Source: Candidatus Saccharimonadota bacterium (GTDB lineage Bacteria; Patescibacteriota; Saccharimonadia; Saccharimonadales; JACDBH01). Taken from it: a DNA stretch of 64,000 nt. The stretch is from NCBI GenBank assembly GCA_013694995.1, contig JACDBH010000006.1, positions 21,435 to 85,434 on the forward strand. Reading direction: 5' to 3'. The notes under the pieces are model-generated. The model saw only the letters and a list, made by a program, of their open reading frames with translations, did not search any database and was not told where the DNA came from. Shown here piece by piece: positions 7,819-18,097 of this stretch (position 1 is its first letter; each line of letters begins with the position of its first letter). Made by a program: the position numbers and the translations under genes.

Positions 7819-8945
7819 GTATGCACTTCTATTGGTAAAATCACTGAAAACGTCGTTCCCTTGCCTAATTCTGACGACACGCTGATATCACCCTGGTGTA
7901 ATTCTACGAGTTTTTTTGCCCAGTACAAGCCTAACCCGGTGCCGCTAGTAGTTGAGTTAACATTTTCGATGCGGGTAAATTTAATAAACAACCTTGATAT
8001 ATCTTTAGGATCTATGCCGATACCCTCATCTTTTACCTGAACAATGACTCTATCGGGCTCGGTTTTTAGTATTACACTGACTGTACTATTTGGGGAGCTG
8101 TACTTCATTGCATTATTAATTAGATTTTCAAAAACCATCTGCATCTGGAGCGGATCGATACTACATACAACCTTTTTTTCTTTAGAGATGAACAGTAAAG
8201 TCATATTATTTTTCTTATAATCCGGTTTTTGGCTTGTAACAATCTTGTTAAGTAATTGAACCATATCCGTTTCTTTTCTTACGGCTTTAACTTTATCGGC
8301 ATCAGCTAGGGCGATCTTAAGTAAATCGTTTATGATATCCAACTGATTGTTATTGTGCTCGTAAGCCAGCTTTAACATTTCTGCTTGCTCTTCAGTTATG
8401 TCTCCTATGTAACCGTCGATTATCATACCTAGGTATTGTTTGACTACGGTCGCCGGAGTTCGCAACTGATGCGATGCGATTGAAATAAATTCATCCTTGG
8501 CGTGCTCGAGCTTCATTTCTTCGGTAATATCCCGGAAAATTTCAATTGCCCCCATCGGCCTTTCATTGAGCATCACGGGTGATACTGTCAATGCTACCTG
8601 TACTCGAGAGCCGTCTTTTCTTCGGTAATAAATACGTTTGAATACTGGTTTGCCGCTTAAGAAAACTTCTATCACTGGACGCTCTATGTTAGGTATTTCA
8701 CTGCCGTCTTCATACTCGGCTCTAACGGTATCGGGATACCATTTCCCTATTAAATCCTTCGGGTTGTAGCCTAGAATATCAAGTGCAATTTTATTAACGC
8801 GCGCTATATTTCCACGTTCATCGATTACGATTGCACCCTCCCCAATGCTCATAAATAATACATCGGAAACCGCACTTTTACGGTCTAGCCGATCCTCTTT
8901 GGTTTTGGTTTGGTCTGCAGAGAATAGTAGTTGCTTGCGCGCCAC
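7815..8945 (-). CDS. cytoplasmic sensor histidine kinase (PAS + HisKA + HATPase_c)
   Basis: H-box SIASHQLRTPATVV. NLINNAMKYS, DEGIGI, GTGLGLYWA. Overlaps the receiver gene by 4 nt. Confidence 0.85.
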   Translation of the reverse strand: MARKQLLFSADQTKTKEDRLDRKSAVSDVLFMSIGEGAIVIDERGNIARVNKIALDILGYNPKDLIGKWYPDTVRAEYEDGSEIPNIERPVIEVFLSGKPVFKRIYYRRKDGSRVQVALTVSPVMLNERPMGAIEIFRDITEEMKLEHAKDEFISIASHQLRTPATVVKQYLGMIIDGYIGDITEEQAEMLKLAYEHNNNQLDIINDLLKIALADADKVKAVRKETDMVQLLNKIVTSQKPDYKKNNMTLLFISKEKKVVCSIDPLQMQMVFENLINNAMKYSSPNSTVSVILKTEPDRVIVQVKDEGIGIDPKDISRLFIKFTRIENVNSTTSGTGLGLYWAKKLVELHQGDISVSSELGKGTTFSVILPIEVHT

Positions 8946-8953
8946 GATAAAAA

Positions 8954-9229
8954 TTATTTGCCGTTCAGGATCAACGATCTTAAATCATTTGTAAAAGCTT
9001 CAATAACTTTGGGATTATTAGTAAGCAGAGCAAAAGCAATACTCGACCAATTTATGAGTTTGGGCAGGTTCTTCTTACTAAGCTGTTCTGGCTCTATATT
9101 AAGATGAGTATTAATCTGTCGCCTCAAGAACCGCTCGCCAGCTGGGCCTAGGTATTCTTCGGTCACTAAAACAGCTTTTTCATAAAGGGTAATTCTCTTG
9201 GTGGCTATCATTAACTTAAACTTCTTCAA
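8954..9229 (-). CDS. hypothetical protein in the signalling operon
   Basis: 91-aa ORF, co-directional with its neighbours. The upstream membrane-protein gene overlaps it by 14 nt. No motif recognised. Confidence 0.5.
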   Translation of the reverse strand: MKKFKLMIATKRITLYEKAVLVTEEYLGPAGERFLRRQINTHLNIEPEQLSKKNLPKLINWSSIAFALLTNNPKVIEAFTNDLRSLILNGK

Positions 9230-10115
9230 TCAATTTAAGTTTTATGGACCCGCGAGCAACCAGTCCGTAACCTAGAGCGTACAAAGCTACTAAAAAGTAA
9301 ACGATCCCAAGTAAAGGCGTCAGGTTAAGACGGTTGAGCTGTTCGTTCATGGTTGTAATCATTTGGACAAATACTGAGATGATTATGATAACGCCAATAC
9401 CTTTTGCCAGGTTATCAAATGCGCGTTTGTAGACTATGCCCTTGACACTATCTTTATAGATATATAAATGAAGTGCTGCCTTTAAACCTATACACCACAC
9501 AAATACGTAAGGGATTGCCAGAGTTGCCACTTTCAACCAATCTGGCAGATAATACGCGCTTTTAATCCCTCCGCTGTCTTGGGTCGTTAACAGCCAGGTA
9601 TATATACATGCCAGCACTATGGGCCCCAGTAGCAGTAGTGTTGCAGGAATATTAATCTTCCTATTTTTTAGCGTTCCAAAAAGTCCATCTGCGCCCTTTG
9701 CAATCCAATATAATGCTACCGCTGCAAAAAGCAACGTCAGGTAGTTGCGGAAAATTGTTGTTAGCGGGACGATATCGGGCTGTTTAAATTTCAGATAATT
9801 TATGAGGGAGCCAACTATTGAACCAATCGGCAAATAAAACGCTAGTACCATTAACCCATTGGCCAATTCCTTGAGATGCTTGCCTTCTTTAGTGCGCCGT
9901 ACACTATCGGCGTATAACCTAAACCGCAGGTAACCGTAAAGAGCCGAGAAATAGATGATTGAAAACGGAATGACGATAGTCAGACTCAGCATTTTTGCTT
10001 GGCTCTGTGTGATTTGATACTTCTCAAGTACCGATGGATCGGATGGTAATAATAAAGCCAGCGAGATGTAACCAAGCACCAACAGTACGAATATTATGAC
10101 CTGTGGTTTCTTCAT
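9216..10115 (-). CDS. polytopic membrane protein (about 8 TM), first gene of the signalling operon
   Basis: 299 aa with repeated hydrophobic helices. No catalytic motif recognised. Confidence 0.6.
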   Translation of the reverse strand: MKKPQVIIFVLLVLGYISLALLLPSDPSVLEKYQITQSQAKMLSLTIVIPFSIIYFSALYGYLRFRLYADSVRRTKEGKHLKELANGLMVLAFYLPIGSIVGSLINYLKFKQPDIVPLTTIFRNYLTLLFAAVALYWIAKGADGLFGTLKNRKINIPATLLLLGPIVLACIYTWLLTTQDSGGIKSAYYLPDWLKVATLAIPYVFVWCIGLKAALHLYIYKDSVKGIVYKRAFDNLAKGIGVIIIISVFVQMITTMNEQLNRLNLTPLLGIVYFLVALYALGYGLVARGSIKLKLIEEV

Positions 10116-10310
10116 GCCTGCTCTCTTTTTACTTAAATGACACCAGAGACATTAGTATGAATAGATTATAAACCACATACCTGTTATCAACTACAAAAAA
10201 TTGGTACATACAAGATTTTACTATGATGTTTATTTCAAAATAAAGGTGTGAGAGATTAAATGACTTATCATAGATGTTTCAAAGGTTTATTTAAGTGGTA
10301 AGATTAACAG

Positions 10311-11045
10311 ATGGACCCAACCTTGCCTAAACTTTATACAACCCTATCTGGCTGGTGGCAGCTGTTTTCGCCTACATCTGATTACGCGGACGAGGCTGAG
10401 TTTTTAAAAAAATTGTTTATGGATGCCGGTGTAAAAACAGTTTTGGAATTGGGTGCCGGCGGCGGAAATATCGCCTGGTATCTAAAGAAAGACTTTGAAC
10501 TGACTCTCACTGACTTATCATCTGAGATGCTAAAAATGAGCAAAAAACAGAATCCAGAATGTGAGCACTTTGAGGGCGATATGCGCACTCTCAATCTCAA
10601 CAAATCCTTCGACGCAGTTTTTATCCATGACGCTATCATGTACATACTTAATGAGAAGGACCTACTAACTACATTTAAAAACGCTGCTAAGCACTTAAAA
10701 ACTGGCAGTCTAATAGTTATTGCCCCTGACTGCACCAGAGAAACATTTAAGGAAACGACCGATTACGAAGGCCATGATGATAATGAGCGCAGCGTTCGTT
10801 ATATGCAATGGACTACTGATCCTAACCCGAACGACACTGAATTTAATTATGATTTCATTATTGCACTGAAGGAGCGTGATAAGCTGCGAACCGTCGTTGA
10901 CCGGCAGGTATGCGGCTTGTTCCCACGTCAAACTTGGCTTGATTTGCTTGATAAAACAGGCTTTAAAGCAAAAGCCATTACTGATTCTTCAACCGCCGGT
11001 GAAGCCAATGAACGCATAGAAATTTTTGTAGGTATAAAAAGTTAA
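10311..11045 (+). CDS. class I SAM-dependent methyltransferase
   Basis: Motif I VLELGAGGGN, followed by an acidic loop (LTDLS) and DAVFIHDAIMY. A TAAGAT -10-like hexamer lies 6 nt before the ATG. Confidence 0.75.
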   Translation: MDPTLPKLYTTLSGWWQLFSPTSDYADEAEFLKKLFMDAGVKTVLELGAGGGNIAWYLKKDFELTLTDLSSEMLKMSKKQNPECEHFEGDMRTLNLNKSFDAVFIHDAIMYILNEKDLLTTFKNAAKHLKTGSLIVIAPDCTRETFKETTDYEGHDDNERSVRYMQWTTDPNPNDTEFNYDFIIALKERDKLRTVVDRQVCGLFPRQTWLDLLDKTGFKAKAITDSSTAGEANERIEIFVGIKS

Positions 11046-11285
11046 AAACAACATAATAATCTATCTAATTTGCGCATTGCCCAGCCTGTTAAGCAGCAAG
11101 CACTTGATCGACTACATCTAAAAGCTGCAGAGCCGAAAGAGACGCTTTTATTTCATAGCGACTGACGCCAAGTGCCTTGGCCTCAGTCTCATCAGTCTTT
11201 TCACACACTTAGACTAGCATAAGTTGAGGATGATTCGCTGATAAATTGTCTACTGGTGGGGACAGGTAGCATAGCCATAACGAGG

Positions 11286-11639
11286 CTAATTAGGCAATAT
11301 ATCTGAAACAAAGACGTAATCGTGTTTCATTCTTAGAGCAAATTCCGGATTATTAGCTAGATTAATTATACGTTCACTAATGCGTTTTATGTCGTCTTTA
11401 CGTTCTTCTTCTGCCGTATTTGGACGTGAAGATTGTGCAATAAAAACTGACAATGTTTCAGTATTGGCGACAAGACCGAGCGATATATGCGCTGGATTAT
11501 TTCCTAATATTACTTTATTGAATTGCTCGCCAGTAACAAGCCTAGGTCTCACTTCAATAATTCCAGAGGTAACAGCAAAACCTTCTACAGCTTGCTCTTC
11601 CCAAAATTCTTTTGTTTCACATTCATATATTGCTGTCAT
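11286..11639 (-). CDS. hypothetical protein
   Basis: 117-aa ORF. The antisense ORF 11380..11667 looks like a shadow. No motif recognised. Confidence 0.5.
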   Translation of the reverse strand: MTAIYECETKEFWEEQAVEGFAVTSGIIEVRPRLVTGEQFNKVILGNNPAHISLGLVANTETLSVFIAQSSRPNTAEEERKDDIKRISERIINLANNPEFALRMKHDYVFVSDILPN

Positions 11640-11701
11640 TAATTATAGTATCCCGCAGAAGTCGTAAGTATCGCAAGCATGAGCAAAATTGATTTTCTGC
11701 T

Positions 11702-12085
11702 ATGATATTCTATAGAGGTCAGTTAAACAAAACTACTATGACTAAATATACTAACAAAAAACTAAAACCCAGCCCAGGATTACGAAGGATCGGTCTTTGG
11801 GCGACCTGGTGGTGGACTATTTCTTGGGTCTATCTTCTACTATTAGTCTGGCAAAGCAGAGATTTCTATGTTAATAGAGCCGCCACTATCAGCTCGACTG
11901 GGTTTTTCTCGGATTGGTTAGCCTCAATGAATAGCACATACCGAAGTTCTGCACTTTTGCCTAGTTTGCTGGCACTCATTATTATCGTCTGGGCTATAGG
12001 CGGCTGGATGTGGTTGCGCGAATTAAAACGTTCGAATAATAGCTTCGTGGTGGGTCTGAAAGATTTGTTTTTTACTATTCGTTAA
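11702..12085 (+). CDS. membrane protein, Trp-rich TM helices
   Basis: 127 aa with three hydrophobic segments (IGLWATWWWTISWVYLLLLVW...). Confidence 0.5.
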   Translation: MIFYRGQLNKTTMTKYTNKKLKPSPGLRRIGLWATWWWTISWVYLLLLVWQSRDFYVNRAATISSTGFFSDWLASMNSTYRSSALLPSLLALIIIVWAIGGWMWLRELKRSNNSFVVGLKDLFFTIR

Positions 12086-12138
12086 TAACTAGTCATCTTA
12101 AAGTCAGCTACCCTAAGCAAAAAACAAACTCGATGTTG

Positions 12139-12369
12139 TTAAGGTGTGGCTTTTAGCGTAGCAGCTGTTTCTAAAGGAGTAACAAACTTATCGACAACGC
12201 TATATTTAGTTTTTTTGGATACTACATTTTCAATTGACGGAACTTCATGTTCTGGCATTACTATGAATCGGCTTCTATCTGAATGTATTTCTTTATATTT
12301 ACTAAGAGGTAAAGCTATCCTTTCGTGACAATCTTCATTCGAACATTCACAATAAAAATGTAGTGTCAT
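12139..12369 (-). CDS. hypothetical small Cys/His-containing protein
   Basis: 76 aa. N-terminal HFYCECSNEDCHERI could be a small metal-binding knuckle. Confidence 0.45.
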   Translation of the reverse strand: MTLHFYCECSNEDCHERIALPLSKYKEIHSDRSRFIVMPEHEVPSIENVVSKKTKYSVVDKFVTPLETAATLKATP

Positions 12370-12390
12370 ATCTTCATTTGGTAATAAAGA

Positions 12391-12540
12391 TTACAAATCT
12401 TCTTCTTTGGCCATTTTTTCGATTTTAATAAGTTCGTTTTGTATTTGTTCGTTAGCTTTTCTGAACACGACTTCATTTTCAATCTGACGACGTTCCGTCA
12501 GCGACAATTCCTTAATCTTATGCTTTTTATGAATTTTCAT
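12391..12540 (-). CDS. small charged helical protein (49 aa), below the ORF-track cutoff
   Basis: Manual translation: MKIHKKHKIKELSLTERRQIENEVVFRKANEQIQNELIKIEKMAKEEDL. SD GAGGAA lies 8 nt upstream. The ORF sits 22 nt upstream of 12139..12369. Confidence 0.35.
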   Translation of the reverse strand: MKIHKKHKIKELSLTERRQIENEVVFRKANEQIQNELIKIEKMAKEEDL

Positions 12541-12733
12541 TCATTCTGTTCCTCATTTAGCCACAGACATTGTAGCATTTAACTTAATGTTCCTTGTAAC
12601 TTAGGTAAATCAAAATTGTTAAAAGATGTTCCTTCTAACAGAAATCCATAAACCAGTCAGCTTGACTGCTGTAGGATGAGTCTTAAAGCATATACATATT
12701 GACTTTTAGGGGCCATCGGAGCATTGTAAAATT

Positions 12734-13303
12734 ATGAATGACGAAACTGTTCAATCAACACCTCCGCAAAGTTCAAATGAATTTAAAGTGCCTCCACCGG
12801 CTAAAGAGCGAAAAAGCCCGTTACTGCTCATCCTGGTACTGCTTGTACTACTGGTGCCTATTGCAGCGATAACCGGCTACAAGATGTCCGACCAAAAAGC
12901 TAAAAAAGATATAGCAGTTATTAACAACCAGTTAGCCGTTCTGCAGTCCAACGCCCATGAACTGCCAGAGGGCGCATTTAAAGTCTCCGATTGTATCCCC
13001 AACATGGGTTCTCACTACCTAACCCCTACATCAGATCCAGAATACGGGCCATTCTACCTAGTCAGTAAAGCCGGCAAAGTGATCGGAGTCGAGTATATGG
13101 CTAGTGAAGATATGTACACGGCTATCCCCGAAACAGATCCACCGGTTGAATTGATTACCAAAGACAGCCCTTTATTTGGTTGGAAATTCGACCATACAGA
13201 AGTTAGCCATATGAAAGAGGGCCACGAAGGCCTATTAGAGGACCACGTCGACGTACATTACTATACGGTCAACCCTGAACAACAGTCACAGGCTTGTATC
13301 TAG
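12734..13303 (+). CDS. membrane-anchored extracytoplasmic protein, unknown function
   Basis: N-terminal TM (PLLLILVLLVLLVPIAAITGY), then a soluble His-rich domain. Confidence 0.55.
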   Translation: MNDETVQSTPPQSSNEFKVPPPAKERKSPLLLILVLLVLLVPIAAITGYKMSDQKAKKDIAVINNQLAVLQSNAHELPEGAFKVSDCIPNMGSHYLTPTSDPEYGPFYLVSKAGKVIGVEYMASEDMYTAIPETDPPVELITKDSPLFGWKFDHTEVSHMKEGHEGLLEDHVDVHYYTVNPEQQSQACI

Positions 13304-13400
13304 TAGTTTAGCTTAATTAAATTTTGGAATAGCGTGACGCAATATTAAGAAGTTAGTGCTATTCCCAATTGTTTGCTAATCTTACCGCTTACGTTTACCA

Positions 13401-15668
13401 TTGAAGTATATGTGGTCAAGTCTAGGTATCCGGCAAAAAGTATTTGCATTGTTTTCTGTAATTGCGCTGTTGCCACTAGTTGTCATAAGTATAATATGGC
13501 TGCGTTCCACGCACGATCAACTTAAGCAGGCTGCTGTAAACCGACAGAATATACTTTTGAGTAGCTCTGCTCAAAGGCTAAATGATGCGTTAGAGACAGA
13601 AATAAACAGTGTTATAACTCATTCCCAAGAATCCAGTGTCACTGGGTTAAACATCGACCAGGCCAAAATTAACTTAATGCAGTATGCCAACCAGGATAGT
13701 GATGTGCTCCGTATTACTTTAGTCGATAACAACGGTAATGAAAAAATCGTTATTAATAATCATGAATTTAGCACTAGTTTAAATAACATCAAATCAAGTG
13801 AGGAATTTAAGGTTGTAAGCCAAGTTAGCAATGAAGTGTCAGTTAGTGATGTTATATATACTAACGAACAACCTAGGATTATTATTGCTGTACCCCTACT
13901 TAGTTTTAGCAAACTAGGTGACCAAAACCTAACTTCCGCCGAAGCTTTAGCCCGACGCTTTGGTTCAGACGTTAAAGGCGCACTTATAGTAGATATTAGT
14001 TTGGATAATCCTTTCCAGTCGGTATTAACAAGTGAAATTGGCGGAGATGGCTACACTTATATTGTAGATGCCGAAGGCCAGTTAATTGCCCATCCTGATC
14101 CTGAACTAATCAAAAACAATGCTAATCTAAGTTCTGTAAATCAAGTTTCGAGATTTCTTGCAGCCCCAGCTTCTATAGAAGTGCCTTCAGTAACTCTGTC
14201 TGAAAAAAACTCCGAAGTATTGAGCTCGCACTACCGCATCAAACGCACTGGCTGGGCCATCATCGGCCAGGAGCCGATTAATAGTATTTATGCTCCTTAT
14301 AACCAAGTTGTTAGGCTGGCAGTATTTATTATAATTTTCGCGGGCATTGTCTCCACATTACTTAGCCTCCTATTCAGCCGAAACTTGACTCGTCCTATCC
14401 GTAGCCTAATGGCTGGTACATACCAAGTAGCACAAGGTAACTTAGATCTTCAGATAGCCAAGGAATCCAAAGATGAAATAGGCGTGCTGGCTGAACGCTT
14501 TAATACTATGACCGGCAATCTCAAACAAATGATCACCAACTTAAAAACCGAAGGCACTAAACTAAACGTCGTACTCAACAGCGTCGGTGAGGGTATTGTC
14601 GCAACCGATTCGTTGAACCACGTAGTGTTTGCTAATATATCCGCTGCGGTACTCGCTGGCCAACTGCCAAGCGATTTGACCGGGAAACCATTCAAACAAA
14701 TATTTACGCTTTCTAAAAATAACACTCCATTTCAAGTCGACCCTAATAGCACCGAAATAACCAAAGAGGTCGTATTCATTTCCCCAAACAAACGGCTGCA
14801 TTACCTGGATATTTTCGTGAACAAAATCGAAAACGATCCGGACGGTATAAAAAATATTATTACTCTAAGGGATCAGACGGATGAGCGGGAGCTTGAAATG
14901 ATGAAATTGGATTTTGTTTCTATGGCGGCGCATGAGCTGAGAACACCGTTAACAGCAATACGAGGTTACCTATCGCTATTGAAAACTGATGCTAATTCAA
15001 ACTTTTCTAACAATGGTGTGCAATCAATCGAGCGGGCACAATCGAGCACTGACCAGTTGGCAGGACTAATTAGCAATTTACTGAATGTTTCTAAGATCGA
15101 ACGTGGATCACTTAATTTGAGCTATAGCAAACTGGATTGGGTAAAAACAGTACGCGAAGCACTGGATGGACATAAATTCAGTGCATTGGAGAAGCAAGTA
15201 ACTTTACTATACGAAGGCCCAACTGAAAGTGTTCCACTACTTGCAGATGAGATATCAATAAAAGAAGTCATCAATAATTTAATCGCTAATGCTATTCACT
15301 ACACACCCGAGAACGGTCGCATTATTATTAGTGTAAGAGAAGAAGGTGATAAAGTCATTACCTCCATAAAAGACAGTGGCCTAGGTATTCCGGCAAATGC
15401 ATTGAGTCGCCTATTCGCAAAGTTTTACCGAGTTAAGGGTGGTATGGCAAGTGGTAGTGGCGGAACAGGCCTAGGTTTATACATTTCAAAATCAATTGTC
15501 GAGCTACATAAAGGCAAGATATGGGTGGAATCCGAAGAAGGTCAAGGTTCGACTTTTACATTCTCGCTTCCGAGCTACAATGAGGTACAATACGATGAGT
15601 TAGTAAGAACAAAAGATATGGGAGTAAATAAACGCCGTGGCTGGATTACCAAAAATACTGCTCGTTGA
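13401..15668 (+). CDS. membrane sensor histidine kinase (extracellular Cache-like + HAMP + PAS + HisKA + HATPase_c)
   Basis: Two TM segments flank a ~270-aa extracellular region. HAMP (RPIRSLMAGTYQVAQGNLD), H-box SMAAHELRTPLTAI, GTGLGLYISK. TTG start in the track; ATG at 13410 is an alternative. Confidence 0.85.
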   Translation: MKYMWSSLGIRQKVFALFSVIALLPLVVISIIWLRSTHDQLKQAAVNRQNILLSSSAQRLNDALETEINSVITHSQESSVTGLNIDQAKINLMQYANQDSDVLRITLVDNNGNEKIVINNHEFSTSLNNIKSSEEFKVVSQVSNEVSVSDVIYTNEQPRIIIAVPLLSFSKLGDQNLTSAEALARRFGSDVKGALIVDISLDNPFQSVLTSEIGGDGYTYIVDAEGQLIAHPDPELIKNNANLSSVNQVSRFLAAPASIEVPSVTLSEKNSEVLSSHYRIKRTGWAIIGQEPINSIYAPYNQVVRLAVFIIIFAGIVSTLLSLLFSRNLTRPIRSLMAGTYQVAQGNLDLQIAKESKDEIGVLAERFNTMTGNLKQMITNLKTEGTKLNVVLNSVGEGIVATDSLNHVVFANISAAVLAGQLPSDLTGKPFKQIFTLSKNNTPFQVDPNSTEITKEVVFISPNKRLHYLDIFVNKIENDPDGIKNIITLRDQTDERELEMMKLDFVSMAAHELRTPLTAIRGYLSLLKTDANSNFSNNGVQSIERAQSSTDQLAGLISNLLNVSKIERGSLNLSYSKLDWVKTVREALDGHKFSALEKQVTLLYEGPTESVPLLADEISIKEVINNLIANAIHYTPENGRIIISVREEGDKVITSIKDSGLGIPANALSRLFAKFYRVKGGMASGSGGTGLGLYISKSIVELHKGKIWVESEEGQGSTFTFSLPSYNEVQYDELVRTKDMGVNKRRGWITKNTAR

Positions 15669-16035
15669 AGATACTGTTCAGATTGCCGACATTTATATGC
15701 AGGTGCTAACAAATGGAGGCTTCACTGTAAAACTTGTTAATAATGTCGATGAATTGCTTAAAATAGTCCCAGAATATAATCCCGACATTATCTTCCTAGA
15801 TATTATGCTGCCAGGTGGCAAGACAGGCCTGGATGCATTGAAGATTCTACGTAACGATCCTCAATACGGTGCTGCCAATACCCGTATTGTGTTGGTAACT
15901 AACTTAGGTCAAAATGACGAGACTCAAAAGTTATGGGAAAAATACGCCGACGGCTATGTCATCAAAGCAGAAATAGACCCGCATGAACTATTCGATATCA
16001 TCGAGTCCTTCGGCTATGAAATGCCAAAAGAATAA
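15637..16035 (+). CDS. response regulator, receiver domain only
   Basis: KILLVEDT, DIIFLDIMLP, VTNL...K. 132 aa with no output domain. Overlaps the kinase 3' end. Confidence 0.8.
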   Translation: MAGLPKILLVEDTVQIADIYMQVLTNGGFTVKLVNNVDELLKIVPEYNPDIIFLDIMLPGGKTGLDALKILRNDPQYGAANTRIVLVTNLGQNDETQKLWEKYADGYVIKAEIDPHELFDIIESFGYEMPKE

Positions 16036-16192
16036 GATTATCAAGCTCCCCTGGCTAAATCCACCGGTGTTTGATGCCTCGTTCTCGGTTTGCCGTGCGA
16101 AAGCTGATAAATATATCTGCTCATATAATTGAATCGGGCAAAATAGATAAATTGTAAGATATTTTACAAAAGTATAAATTTAAGTATATTAT

Positions 16193-16654
16193 ATGGTTAT
16201 GGTTACCCCTCATGAGATGTCTGTTTCTGCTGTGGGTACAGTGTTTGATCCAATAAGGCCAGACTATGCCGACTTCAGTATTGACGTGGGGGATAGTTTT
16301 AACTGGCCGGGAATCTTAAGTAACTTAGAAATTAAAATAGGAAAACAAGTTGCATTTTATGCATTTCGCTCAGAACTAAAACCAGATGCTGACCCCGCAG
16401 TGCTTGCGGCTTTGGACGAAAAAGCTCTGATTGCCGCGGAAAATGCAAACGGATTCATTTATTACCAACCACTTAATAGATTATCTTTTTGCTTATGGGA
16501 AAGTACTTTGGACGCCAAAGTCGCAACTAGTAGCCCGGAGCACCGTGAAGCTGCTAAGTATGTCGACAAAGCCTATAAGAGATGGGAACTTGTCAGAAGG
16601 ATGGTAGCCAGAACAGCTGTAAACCAGGTTGAATTTACCGAAGTAGTTAAATAG
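16193..16654 (+). CDS. hypothetical protein
   Basis: 153-aa ORF. No motif recognised. Confidence 0.5.
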   Translation: MVMVTPHEMSVSAVGTVFDPIRPDYADFSIDVGDSFNWPGILSNLEIKIGKQVAFYAFRSELKPDADPAVLAALDEKALIAAENANGFIYYQPLNRLSFCLWESTLDAKVATSSPEHREAAKYVDKAYKRWELVRRMVARTAVNQVEFTEVVK

Positions 16655-16683
16655 CTTCTGGTTTTAAAGTCATATATAGTAAA

Positions 16684-17805
16684 TTGCATATGGTTAAAAA
16701 GAAAAAACCTGTTCAGCAAAAACAGATGCTTAAAGTTTATGTAATTGTCGCCGCACTACTTATTGTAAGTGCTATTGCCGCCAAATCTAGGCAAATCAGT
16801 ACGCCTGGGCTTCCTTCTCCGTCGCTTAAAGATTTGGCAGCCAGGCATGAGATTGCCCTTGGTAATTTCGCCATTCTTAACCATCTTGATGATAAACCGT
16901 ACACCGATATTCTGAGCTCTCAGTTTAATTTTGCTTTGGCTGATAACACACCCAACTGGTACTTTACCGACGGTGGCTTACACCCCAGCCGTACCACCTA
17001 CAACTACAAGCAAATGGATGAAGTTATGGCTTTTGCGGAAGCTCACGGCATGCCGGTGGAAGCCCACCATTATGTGTGGGGCGAGGCAAAGTGGCTGCCG
17101 GATTGGCTGAAAGACGGTAATTTTACTAAACCAGAACTTATGGATATTTTGCGCGATCACATTATGAATGTTGGTAGTAATTATAGGGGTCGGATTGCCC
17201 AATGGACAGTAGTAAATGAAGCCTTTACGCGCGCCCAGCACCTGTATGACTTAAACGATTGGTGGGCGGACAATACCAAGGGCTTGGACTATATTGACCA
17301 GTCGTTTATTTGGGCTCGGCAAGCTGATCCTAGCAGCAAATTAATACTTAATGATTTTAATAATGAAAGCATCAACGATACTTCCAATGCTATGTATGAT
17401 TATTTAAAAGGTGCGCTGGCGCGTGGGGTGCCTATTGACGGCATAGGTATGCAGATGCACCTAGACGGTGGCCATCCGCCTTTTAAAGACGAAGTTATTT
17501 CTAACATGAAACGTTTTGCGGATTTAGGGCTTGAGGTTTACGTTACCGAATTCGACGTTAACATGAACGACGTTAAGGCTGATGCCAAAGACAAGAATAG
17601 AATTCAGGAAAATATTTATTACGAAATGATGCGGGCCTGTATAGAATCAAAAGTCTGCCATAGCTTTGCATTCCTAGGTATTACAGACGATGAAACGTGG
17701 TACAAGCATATTGGCTTGAAAGACCCAAGGCCGCTAATGTTCGACGAAAGATACAGGCCAAAACCGGCTTTTTACGGCGTACGCACTGCGTTAGAACAAG
17801 AATAA
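16684..17805 (+). CDS. glycoside hydrolase family 10 (endo-1,4-beta-xylanase-like), membrane-anchored/secreted
   Basis: N-terminal TM/signal. GH10 catalytic signatures WTVVNEAF (acid/base Glu) and VYVTEFDV (nucleophile Glu). Confidence 0.85.
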   Translation: MHMVKKKKPVQQKQMLKVYVIVAALLIVSAIAAKSRQISTPGLPSPSLKDLAARHEIALGNFAILNHLDDKPYTDILSSQFNFALADNTPNWYFTDGGLHPSRTTYNYKQMDEVMAFAEAHGMPVEAHHYVWGEAKWLPDWLKDGNFTKPELMDILRDHIMNVGSNYRGRIAQWTVVNEAFTRAQHLYDLNDWWADNTKGLDYIDQSFIWARQADPSSKLILNDFNNESINDTSNAMYDYLKGALARGVPIDGIGMQMHLDGGHPPFKDEVISNMKRFADLGLEVYVTEFDVNMNDVKADAKDKNRIQENIYYEMMRACIESKVCHSFAFLGITDDETWYKHIGLKDPRPLMFDERYRPKPAFYGVRTALEQE

Positions 17806-17820
17806 ATTTAAAAACAAAAA

Positions 17821-17843
17821 GAAGCCCTTGCGGACTTCATTTT
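17821..17843 (+). terminator. possible terminator after the GH10 gene
   Basis: GAAGCCC-TTGC-GGACTTC imperfect stem, followed by ATTTT. Confidence 0.35.
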
Positions 17844-18097
17844 GCTCGCAACGTTTCGGCTTTTAACGGCTTCCGGTTGCTGAAACACCTCACGATGTTC
17901 TGATCACTACTTTATGCCATACCCCGAGTCTTGTCAATACAATAATATTATTATATAACATGCTTATGTTTGGTAGCCCTAGTACATTCGAACTGGAACC
18001 TACTTCTTGGGGAACTTAGTCGCTGGGTGAGTCTTCAACGTGTGCAGTAGAGGTTAAATACTCTGCCGGAACAGCATTATCTTACTTAGGGTAAATA

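Noticed and set aside
11089-11208. 39-codon GTG ORF on the minus strand with an HTH-like stretch (EAKALGVSRYEIKASLSALQ)
   Set aside because: It is too short, has no SD or ATG and is only a vague HTH resemblance. It could be a gene remnant but cannot be supported.
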